DNA of 64,000 nucleotides from Candidatus Zixiibacteriota bacterium (GTDB lineage Bacteria; Zixibacteria; MSB-5A5; DSPP01): NCBI GenBank assembly GCA_022614805.1, contig JAKEHY010000009.1, positions 5,118 to 69,117 of the forward strand, read 5' to 3'. Shown piece by piece: positions 56,429 to 64,000 of this stretch (position 1 is its first letter; each line of letters starts with the position of its first letter). The notes under the pieces were generated by a model. It saw only the letters and a program-made list of their open reading frames with translations, ran no database searches and was not told where the DNA came from. The position numbers and the translations under genes were made by a program.

Positions 56429-58741
56429 ATGAAAAACCCGTCCGTCCCGGCCGCTTCAATCGACGGCCGAATTTCCAAAAAGTGGTTTTTAACCCTCTTT
56501 TTTTTCGCCTTGTCGCTCCGCCTTATCTATCTGGCGGAGATTCACGACTACCCCACCTTCAAATACCCGACCGTCGATGCCCGCTACCACGATGAATGGG
56601 CGCAGGCGGTTGCCCACGGAAAGCTGACCCAACCCCAAGCATTTTTCCGCGCCCCCCTTTACCCCTACCTGTTGGGGTTGGTTTATTATATTTTCGGGCA
56701 TAACTACTACGCCCCTCGAATCGTGCAACATCTCATCGGTTCCATCGGAATAGTTTTGCTGGCACTTTTGACCACGCGGTTGTTCGGTAAAAAAACAGGG
56801 GTCGTCACCGGATTCGTTTTTGCGGCCTATGCGAGCGCCATCTATTTCGAAGGGGAACTGCTGCTTGATTTTCTTCTAATTCCGCTCGATGTGCTGATTT
56901 TCATATTTCTTTATAAAGCCAAGGAAAATCCAAACCCGGTCAACTGGCTCCTCGCCGGGCTCTGGCTGGGGCTTTCCGCCATCACCCGGCCGAACATTCT
57001 GATTTTCATTCCGGCCGTTCTTTTCTGGACTTGGTTTTCCTTTCGCCAACGGGAACGTTTCAAAGGACAGCTCAAATTTGCGGCCCTTTTTCTTCTGGGA
57101 ACGGCCCTGCCCATTTTGCCGGCGGCCCTTCACAACCACCGCGCGGAAAAGCCGTTGGTCCTCATCGCGTCGCAGGGTGGAATCAACTTTTACATCGGAA
57201 ACAATCCGGAAGCCAACGGATTCACTTCCATGATGCCGGGGCGGCCGGCGACGAACTGGGAGCTGGCCGATATCCGGTCGCTGGCGAAGGAAGAAACCGG
57301 CCGGGAACTTTCCTCCGCCGAACTTTCCGACTTCTGGTATAAAAAGGGGCTGGAATTCTGGAAAAGCCGCCCGGCGGATGCCTTCAAACTTTTGGCCAGG
57401 AAAACGTATCTGTTTTTCACCCGTTTCGAGATTGCTAACAATCCGGGCACCATTCCGGAAATGGGGTATGCCCCTCTTTTACGCTTCTTACCCGTTGGCT
57501 TCTGGTTCATCGGCCCGCTGGGGCTTTTGGGCGCGGTTTTCTCGTTCGTGAACCGGAAGGCCCGGCTTTTGTCTGTTTTTGTTCTCATTTATTCCGCTTC
57601 CGTCATCCCCTTTTTCGTCAATGCCCGCTTCCGCCTGCCGGTTCTGCCGTTTCTGACGCTTTTCTCCGTTTACGCCGTCTTTGAGTTGTGGAAACACTTC
57701 CGTGAAAAGAAAAATCCGCTCCCCTACGTCGCGGTCCTGGCCATCTTTTCCTTCCTGGTCAACTCCAATCTCTCCGGTTTCGCCAAAACTCCCAACCCGG
57801 CCGGGTTTTTCCAACTGGGCAATGTGTTTTTGGAGCAGGGGAATTATGCCGAAGCCCGGCAGCTTTTTCATCAAACGTTGCAGGCCGACCCCCGGTTCAA
57901 ATTCGCCCATTTGAATTTGGGGGTGGCGGCATTAAAGATGGGCGACTTAAAAACGGCCGAGGAGGAATTTAAAAAAGAACTGGAAGCCGACCCGCAATCG
58001 GAAAAAGCGCCGGCCAACCTCTCCCTTATCCAAAGGCTGCGCGGATTCCCCCGGCTGGCCGTCTATTGGGCCGAAAAATCCGTCCGGGCGAAACCGTACT
58101 TCCAGGATGCGTACCTGAATTGGGCCTTGGCCTACCGGGCGCTCGGGCAGCCGGAAAGCGCCATGGCGGTTCTCGAAAAAGGGGAAAAAAACTCTCCCCG
58201 TTTTCTTTTGGGGCTCTTCTTGAAGGCCTCGTTTCTGGTGGAGGCCAAACGCTTTCCCCAAGCCGAGCCGATTTTGCTGGGGCTTTTGGACAGTCTCGAG
58301 GACTATCAGCCCTCCTACGACCCCCAGCCGTTTTTTGTCGCCTCGCGCGAGTTCGGCGAAAATACTGCCGAACTGAAATCCCGCATCTTTTACCTTCTGG
58401 GCCGCAGCCGCGGGGAGCAGGGGAACTTCAGACCGGCGATGGAGTATTTCCAGCAGGCGCTGGCGGAAAACCGGGCCAATGCCGACGCCGCCGCCGATTT
58501 GGGCACGGCCCTCCTGTATCTGGGCCGCCCGGGGGAGGCGCTTCCATACTTCGAGCGGGCGCTGCCCCACAAATCCGAAAATTTCGCCCTGCATTTTAAC
58601 TACGGCCTGACGCTAATGGAACTGAACCGCCTGCCCGAGGCACGCGCCGCCTTCAAAAAATCGCTGGAGCTGAATCCCAACTTCTCCCCGGCGAGAGAAA
58701 GGCTGTCGATTCTGGAAAATTTGCTGAAATCCGGCCAATAA
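56429..58741 (+). CDS. GT39/ArnT-like integral-membrane protein with C-terminal TPR repeats (paralog of the 1..2042 gene)
   Basis: Multi-TM N-terminal half and a TPR-rich C-terminal half. Start chosen at the ATG at 56429 (MKNPSVP...); the track start at 56402 is TTG. Confidence 0.75.
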   Translation: MKNPSVPAASIDGRISKKWFLTLFFFALSLRLIYLAEIHDYPTFKYPTVDARYHDEWAQAVAHGKLTQPQAFFRAPLYPYLLGLVYYIFGHNYYAPRIVQHLIGSIGIVLLALLTTRLFGKKTGVVTGFVFAAYASAIYFEGELLLDFLLIPLDVLIFIFLYKAKENPNPVNWLLAGLWLGLSAITRPNILIFIPAVLFWTWFSFRQRERFKGQLKFAALFLLGTALPILPAALHNHRAEKPLVLIASQGGINFYIGNNPEANGFTSMMPGRPATNWELADIRSLAKEETGRELSSAELSDFWYKKGLEFWKSRPADAFKLLARKTYLFFTRFEIANNPGTIPEMGYAPLLRFLPVGFWFIGPLGLLGAVFSFVNRKARLLSVFVLIYSASVIPFFVNARFRLPVLPFLTLFSVYAVFELWKHFREKKNPLPYVAVLAIFSFLVNSNLSGFAKTPNPAGFFQLGNVFLEQGNYAEARQLFHQTLQADPRFKFAHLNLGVAALKMGDLKTAEEEFKKELEADPQSEKAPANLSLIQRLRGFPRLAVYWAEKSVRAKPYFQDAYLNWALAYRALGQPESAMAVLEKGEKNSPRFLLGLFLKASFLVEAKRFPQAEPILLGLLDSLEDYQPSYDPQPFFVASREFGENTAELKSRIFYLLGRSRGEQGNFRPAMEYFQQALAENRANADAAADLGTALLYLGRPGEALPYFERALPHKSENFALHFNYGLTLMELNRLPEARAAFKKSLELNPNFSPARERLSILENLLKSGQ

Positions 58742-58768
58742 AAAACCCCGCCGCGGCGGAGTTTTAAA
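58742..58768. terminator. candidate bidirectional terminator between convergent genes
   Basis: AAAA-CCCCGCCGCGGCGGAG-TTTT: a short GC palindrome flanked by an A-run and a T-run. The stem is short, so confidence is low. Confidence 0.4.
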
Positions 58769-58771
58769 AAT

Positions 58772-60898
58772 TTAGGGACAGGGGCCGGGACAGCAGGGGG
58801 GCGGGCCGCCGGGCGGTTCGTATCCCAGAAACCACTTCAGCATCCGGCTCATCGCGCAGGTCGCCTGCGCTTCTTTGATTCCGAAAAGCGAGAAACCAAA
58901 ATAGGCCGACTTGAAAATTCCCCGGTCCGAGCGCAGGGCCACCCCTTTGCCGTTCAGGTGGGAGGTGTCGGCAACGCCAACCGGCGAGCGAAACTTATAG
59001 ACTTCTTCGCTTCGGGCTCCTTCACGCACAAAATAGTTAACGGCCGGCACCTGGCGGTAGGGGGTGGTATCCCGGCGCACGGCCACCACCGTGAAACGCC
59101 CAAGCACGCTGTCGTCGACATCCAGGCGCGGGAATCCCTCGTCAACGACGCTAACGCCGGGGTCGGCGCCCGCGAACTCTTCGAGAGTCACGCTGTCATT
59201 GGCCAAGATATTTACATGGGCGTGGGTGAACACTTCCCTCGCCCCGAAGTAAAAGTATCCAACGCCGGTGTTCGGCTGGGTCTGGTTGAAAGGGAGTTCC
59301 ACGGGCGCCGGCACGTTATAGATGGGAAACGCATCGGACAAATCGTCCCGCCCCAGCCCCCAAACACTTCCCCCCGCATCCATATAGGCCTTCAACGAAG
59401 CCTGCATGGTGGTGGGAGCATCGCTGTGAAACATTTTCTCCTTGTGGAAAATGACCAGCTTGTATCGCGCCAGAAGCGACTCCGGAATGGATTCTCTGTA
59501 GTCAAACACCTTCACATCTTGGGCGGAGTCAATCACGCTGCCGTAGCCGGCGTTGCGAATCAGCCGAAGGTAGTAGTTTTGGACCTCTATAAGCCCCGCC
59601 TCTTTTGCACCGGTGGAATCCACGTCCAAAAAAGGAATGGAGCCATCCGGCTGTCCATTTTTCTTGAGGGTCGGCCCGCCGCTGAAGGTCAGTTTGGTGA
59701 TTAAAAGAACATCGCGGTCGAAACGAGGACGCACGACCCCGAAGGTGACCGTGGCCCCAAACGAATCTATCACTTCGGCGTCGTCTTTGGCCCGCACCCG
59801 GAAACGATAGTAGCCAGGTCTGATGCTGGACGTGTCACTATACCGCTTTGACGGGTCGTCACTATACCCCGTGAGTCCGTAAAAGGTAAACGATTTGGCC
59901 GAGGTAAAGACCCGCTTCTTCGGGCTCTGACCCGAGCCGGGGCCCGGCCAGCGCAAGGGATACGCGGTGCTGGCCCATAGCCGATTGCTGTCCAAAAAGT
60001 TGGCTGAATCAGCACTGCGGAAGGGTCCAAAAAGCTCCCAAAAATATTCAAAAGGAGGCTGTTCCTGGTTCGGGTAGTCGAGGGAGTCCGCCCCCTCGTA
60101 ATTGATGGTTATGCCGCAATACCCCACCCGCAAAGTGGGATCCGAGTTATAGGTGGGCCCGTCCAAGGAGTAAAGAATAGGGGGCTCGGAAACTTGAGCA
60201 ATCGGAAAGCGGTTGCAGACGCTGATATTGCGGAAATATGTGCTCGGCGGCCGGTTTTTGCGCCCGAAGTTCCGCCAGGCAATGGGGGAATTTAATCTGA
60301 AAAGGCTGTCACGCTCACTTTGCGTTATCGTTGGTACAAAGATAGAAGCCAGGATTTTGGCCAAGGGGTCAGTGGAAAGTGCGCCGCGGTCGTCCCGCGC
60401 ACGCACAAAGACCTCCGTAGGCCGCGTGGCCGTGTCGGCCGCATTGCGGCTGGCGGAGGGGAGTTCCACCGTATCGGTCTGGCCGTTGCGGTTCACGTTA
60501 TCCACCGACACCCATTCGAACCGCAGCGTATCCCGGCGAAGCGTGTCTTTGAAGACCTCCCAAATGTTGCTGCTGTTGGGCGCATTTCGGCGCAGAAAAT
60601 CCAGAACCACAGAGTCGCGCTGGAATTCGGGAAGTTTGGTAAAGCCGACACCGATTAAGGATTCCGGGATGAGGGCATACTGGAATTCGATGACGTAGCC
60701 GTCCCGGTCGGTGGCATACCAGAAAAGCTGATCGGGCTTGGTGAATACGGTGCTGGCGATGGGAACCGTGGAGAAAAACGCCTTGGGGGGGGCGTTCTCG
60801 TGCGCGACGCCTTTCTTCTTTACCGTGCAACCGCTCCCGATTAAAATCACCCCGATGGCCGCATACACCAACGCGATGCCAAAATGCCTGATTTTCAT
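58772..60898 (-). CDS. large lipoprotein (708 aa) of unknown function with a Cys/Pro-rich C-terminal tail
   Basis: Start trimmed to the ATG at 60898. MKIRHFGIALVYAAIGVILIGSG/C lipobox. C-terminus ...GYEPPGGPPPCCPGPCP. Confidence 0.6.
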   Translation of the reverse strand: MKIRHFGIALVYAAIGVILIGSGCTVKKKGVAHENAPPKAFFSTVPIASTVFTKPDQLFWYATDRDGYVIEFQYALIPESLIGVGFTKLPEFQRDSVVLDFLRRNAPNSSNIWEVFKDTLRRDTLRFEWVSVDNVNRNGQTDTVELPSASRNAADTATRPTEVFVRARDDRGALSTDPLAKILASIFVPTITQSERDSLFRLNSPIAWRNFGRKNRPPSTYFRNISVCNRFPIAQVSEPPILYSLDGPTYNSDPTLRVGYCGITINYEGADSLDYPNQEQPPFEYFWELFGPFRSADSANFLDSNRLWASTAYPLRWPGPGSGQSPKKRVFTSAKSFTFYGLTGYSDDPSKRYSDTSSIRPGYYRFRVRAKDDAEVIDSFGATVTFGVVRPRFDRDVLLITKLTFSGGPTLKKNGQPDGSIPFLDVDSTGAKEAGLIEVQNYYLRLIRNAGYGSVIDSAQDVKVFDYRESIPESLLARYKLVIFHKEKMFHSDAPTTMQASLKAYMDAGGSVWGLGRDDLSDAFPIYNVPAPVELPFNQTQPNTGVGYFYFGAREVFTHAHVNILANDSVTLEEFAGADPGVSVVDEGFPRLDVDDSVLGRFTVVAVRRDTTPYRQVPAVNYFVREGARSEEVYKFRSPVGVADTSHLNGKGVALRSDRGIFKSAYFGFSLFGIKEAQATCAMSRMLKWFLGYEPPGGPPPCCPGPCP

Positions 60899-60932
60899 CC
60901 TTTGCCGCATCTCCTTTGACAAATTTAATCCG

Positions 60933-61922
60933 TCAGAATGAAACCAACACCGACCAGCGGTGAAAGCTTCCCAGGTCGTGGGCCTGCTGGTAGGCATAGT
61001 CGGCGGTCAAATTGAAACGCTGTACCGGAAACTTGAAACCGGCGCCGGCGGCCAATCCCGTCCCCACGGTGAATTTGCGGGAATCCTCCACCAGCTGTTC
61101 CTGGGCGTCCGTGTCCTGGCGGTAGTAAACACCCAGACGCAAGGCCAGCTTCTCGGAATACCAGTACTCCAGGCCGCCGTTAAATTTTTCGAGGTTGTCC
61201 GCCGGGTGGCTCCCTTCAAAAGCGAGGGTGGTGCGGTGGTGCGAATTTTGCACCACGTCGATGGCCGTGCCAAAATGAAAATCAATCGGCAGCGGAAAGT
61301 CCTTGAAATTCTCCCCGGACGGGCCGAAGGTGAAATTGGGGCCGAAATTGGAAATGCGCATCGCAATGCGGAAATTCCGGAAGCCGGTTTCGTACAGGGT
61401 GCCGACGTCGGCGGCCCAACCGGAGGCTTCCCGGTCGGCCAGGCTCTCCTGAATGAACTTGCCGGTGATGCCGAAGGAAAAGTGGTCGGTGAGATAGCGG
61501 GCGAAGGTCACGGCGACGGCCAAATCCTGGGCTTTGGTGGTCTCCCCGGTGCCGGATGGAAAGTTATAGGTGGTAACCGGTATGTCGCCGCTTTGGAAAT
61601 CGTATAAGGAAATCGCCATCACGCCGCCCAGTTTCCGCACCGGCAGAGCCATTGCGGCGAATTCGTAATGAATTCCGGCCGGGTAATCGATGTGGGAAAG
61701 CGCCGCCTGCTTCCGGCCGACCGCCGCCAGACCGGCGGCATTGTAGTAAACCGCAAAGGCATCGCTGGCCAAGGCGGCAAACGCCCCCCCCATCGCGGTG
61801 GCCCGGGCCGACACGCCGATTTCGAGAAACTGCAATCCGGCCGTGCCGACCTTTGCTTGACCCCAGGCCGAGCCGGCCCAGAAAAGAAGCCCGCCGACCG
61901 CGCCAACCGCCATTTTTTTCAT
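60933..61922 (-). CDS. PorV/PorQ-like (FadL-fold) outer-membrane beta-barrel protein
   Basis: Signal peptide. N-terminal signature LQFLEIGVSARATAMGGAFAALASDAFAVYYNAAGLA resembles the ARA-x-AMGGAF...NPAGLA hallmark of PorV/PorQ-family T9SS shuttle proteins. Ends with an aromatic residue (VLVSF). Confidence 0.6.
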   Translation of the reverse strand: MKKMAVGAVGGLLFWAGSAWGQAKVGTAGLQFLEIGVSARATAMGGAFAALASDAFAVYYNAAGLAAVGRKQAALSHIDYPAGIHYEFAAMALPVRKLGGVMAISLYDFQSGDIPVTTYNFPSGTGETTKAQDLAVAVTFARYLTDHFSFGITGKFIQESLADREASGWAADVGTLYETGFRNFRIAMRISNFGPNFTFGPSGENFKDFPLPIDFHFGTAIDVVQNSHHRTTLAFEGSHPADNLEKFNGGLEYWYSEKLALRLGVYYRQDTDAQEQLVEDSRKFTVGTGLAAGAGFKFPVQRFNLTADYAYQQAHDLGSFHRWSVLVSF

Positions 61923-61950
61923 ACGCTCATCAACTCGCTTTCCCGGGCGT

Positions 61951-64000
61951 TCATTTTATAATCACGATTTTGCCCACATAAGTATTTTTAAGGCCCTCCT
62001 CCGTCCAAACCCCCAGTTCGGACTGCACCGTATAGAGGTACAATCCGGCCGTGATGGCCTGGGCATTCCGGGAGAGTAAATTCCAAGACTCGTAACCGGC
62101 GTCGGAAGCGAGGGGGTCTTTATCGTGGCGAATTTCCTCCACCAAATCCCCGTCCAGGGTGTAGATGCGAATGACGCACCGGGCCGGCAGGTTGATGAAA
62201 TTGAGCTTTCTATGCAGTTCCTGCTCAAACCCCACGGTTATCCCCTGCGGGTTTTCGTAATGGCTGTAATCGTTGTCAATCCGGTACGGATTTGGAAAGA
62301 CCGAAATTTTATGCCCTTCCCCCGCCCGGGTCGGCTCATCCGGCAGCGCAAAAACCGCCTGCTTGGCGGAGCTGGGAGTCACCTCGAGCGGGTCCAGCCG
62401 GCCGGAGGCGTTCAAAAACCCGAAGTCAAAGGGGCAGATGGCCACGTACGTCGGCTCCGAGGGGAACAGCCCGGATATTTTGTACTGATACCAATAGGCG
62501 CTGTCGTTGGCGGGGTCGGTAACGGAAGGATACAGCCGCGCCTGGCTCAAGCCCAGATTGAAATCCTGGGGGACAAAGTAGAAAATCGTATCCAGAGGAT
62601 TGCCGTTGTTGCAGGTGTTGCAGAACCGCACACGAATGGCCGTCTTGTCGGTACAAGGGTTACAGTAGGTGAGGTCTGGACAAGGGAGCGAGTTAAAGCT
62701 GATGCCAGTGGCCGCATAGAACTTATTTGGGTCGATCGGCCGTCCAATAATAACAGTATCCCCTATCGGGTCGATGTAATTGCTACAGGTATCCCACCCG
62801 GATACATGCCGGCCACCATTATTATCAAACCACACCCTTTTTACTGCATACAGCCGCTGAATCTCGTCCCAAGTTAAAGGAGGCATCGACGTCGGTTCCC
62901 AAACCCCCGGCGTGTTCGCGGGGGCTCCGGGAGCCACTTTGGCCGTGTTCAGAAACCACACCTTCCAATCCACCTTGTCAAAGGAACCGACGTTGGTGAA
63001 ATTAGTCCCGTCGCCGGACAGCCAGACCCGGTAGCCTTCAAAATCCTTTTGGTCGCTGAACTCGTCCGTGACGTTTTCGGTGTTTTTGCCAAACCAGCGC
63101 ACCAACACTTCTCCCAGTCTGGTTTCAAACTGCATCTGCGGAACCGGCGGGGGCAACGGCCCCTTGAAGTCCGGAATTCCGTCCCCGAATCGCCGCTCGA
63201 CCGAATCCGGTGCGGCCGGGGGAGTAACCCCGCAGAAAACCGTCTCGACTATGGTTTCGTTGTCAAAGACCCGCTGCACCCAGCGGGCGTTGGTGGCGAC
63301 GGGCCCGAAGTCCAGCTTGTTCAGGTAGGTCTCCAGCCGGACCGGGTCGCGAAAATACTCCGGCGCCCGAGCCAGGGCATTATAGTTGTCGGGGTCTTTG
63401 TGAAAACCCTGCCCGGCAATATACCCCAGCGTAACGCGCAGGGTATCGGACGGGTCGTCCGCCAAGGGGCTCAAGCTGAACGGCCCGAAAGAGACGGTAT
63501 AGCGGGTGTCAAAGCCGTTGGCGATGTCAAGGGAACGATCGGTACCCCCCCCGACCAAGGGGGGAAGCCAGCCGTTGCCAAAGCCGTAGTCGACCGTGCT
63601 CTGGTTCAAAGCGCTGTACACTTGGGGAAAATCCAGCTCTTCGTTGGAGAGTTGAGCGTATTTCATTGCATCCCCTTCCGGCTGGCCCAAACCACCCGAA
63701 AGGTTCTTGCGCCCCGGAGCCTTTTGGGGGCCCCAGTCCAAAGTTACGTTGCCGTTCGGCGTCCACCAGTTGAAGGAGGTCTTGATCTGGCTCAAGGGGA
63801 GGGGCGCCCGCACCACCCGGATTCCGGTCACAGCGCTGGCGCTGGTATTCCGATAGGTGCCGACGCTGGGGTCGCCATCCTGGTCGTAGACGTGAGCCAG
63901 GTTTATCGTATCGTTGCAACGGGGGTTAGTCTCGTTGGGGACCCAAGCCTTAAAACCGGAAAGGTCATCCTGGGCGGGGTTCACCGCGTTTTCATGCCCC
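61951..64000 (-). CDS. large secreted protein, 5'-truncated by the window edge; paralog of 53416..56184 with the same variant T9SS-like CTD
   Basis: The ORF is open to the window end (the track starts it at an internal Met at 63984). It aligns to residues ~300-922 of the 53416..56184 protein (IPDFKGPLPPPVP; FPNPYRIDNDYSHYE; IRIYTLDGDLVEEI...GKIVIIK). Confidence 0.65.
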   Translation of the reverse strand, partial: GHENAVNPAQDDLSGFKAWVPNETNPRCNDTINLAHVYDQDGDPSVGTYRNTSASAVTGIRVVRAPLPLSQIKTSFNWWTPNGNVTLDWGPQKAPGRKNLSGGLGQPEGDAMKYAQLSNEELDFPQVYSALNQSTVDYGFGNGWLPPLVGGGTDRSLDIANGFDTRYTVSFGPFSLSPLADDPSDTLRVTLGYIAGQGFHKDPDNYNALARAPEYFRDPVRLETYLNKLDFGPVATNARWVQRVFDNETIVETVFCGVTPPAAPDSVERRFGDGIPDFKGPLPPPVPQMQFETRLGEVLVRWFGKNTENVTDEFSDQKDFEGYRVWLSGDGTNFTNVGSFDKVDWKVWFLNTAKVAPGAPANTPGVWEPTSMPPLTWDEIQRLYAVKRVWFDNNGGRHVSGWDTCSNYIDPIGDTVIIGRPIDPNKFYAATGISFNSLPCPDLTYCNPCTDKTAIRVRFCNTCNNGNPLDTIFYFVPQDFNLGLSQARLYPSVTDPANDSAYWYQYKISGLFPSEPTYVAICPFDFGFLNASGRLDPLEVTPSSAKQAVFALPDEPTRAGEGHKISVFPNPYRIDNDYSHYENPQGITVGFEQELHRKLNFINLPARCVIRIYTLDGDLVEEIRHDKDPLASDAGYESWNLLSRNAQAITAGLYLYTVQSELGVWTEEGLKNTYVGKIVIIK

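Noticed and set aside
1-64000. CRISPR arrays, IS elements/transposases, integrases, rRNA/tRNA genes
   Set aside because: No evenly spaced direct repeats with unique spacers were seen, there are no transposase- or integrase-like ORFs, and no rRNA or tRNA signatures turned up in the intergenic regions inspected.

Overview
This is a high-GC (~60%) bacterial chromosomal segment. T9SS-type C-terminal sorting domains, a PorV/PorQ-like outer-membrane protein, several type IV pilus/T2SS-like components, sigma-54 regulators and many TPR/FG-GAP proteins all point to an uncultivated FCB-group-like Gram-negative. Gene order, by coordinate (most genes lie on the minus strand): a GT39-like integral-membrane TPR protein (partial, runs off the 5' edge and is absent from the ORF track), then trxA, folC, accD, rimI and tsaB (all minus strand, tightly spaced). 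An APC-type permease follows. Next comes a tandem array of four paralogous small signal-peptide beta-barrel OMP genes, each with its own RBS and intrinsic terminator, plus a fifth paralog on the opposite strand. The glycine-cleavage genes gcvH-gcvPA-gcvPB (no gcvT) sit downstream of accC. Between accC and gcvH is a ~230-bp tandemly duplicated, hairpin-dense element. A ~1000-aa secreted multidomain T9SS cargo gene is broken by a 1-nt frameshift in an A6G4 homopolymer. An FG-GAP/VCBS beta-propeller protein has a C-terminal dockerin-like domain. T4P cluster 1 is pilT, then pilQ, AMIN-PilP, pilO, pilN, pilM, two pilins, a sigma-54 promoter and an orphan pilR. After rmuC, ubiE and a lipoprotein comes a second complete secretin/PilP/PilO/PilM-N-fusion/three-pilin/pilC/pilB cluster (T4P- or T2SS-like). 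rfbB-rfbC follow, then a 930-aa TPR-GAF-sigma54 activator preceded by a small exported protein, a beta-helical repeat membrane protein, an SDR, and a second GT39-TPR paralog. The window ends with two ~900-aa paralogous secreted proteins carrying a variant T9SS-like C-terminal domain; one of them sits in an apparent operon with a PorV-like OMP and a 708-aa Cys/Pro-tailed lipoprotein. No rRNA, tRNA, CRISPR array or mobile element was seen. The ORF track accepts GTG/TTG starts and usually reports the most upstream start, so several starts were trimmed here to the codon that has an RBS and a signal peptide or conserved N-terminus.
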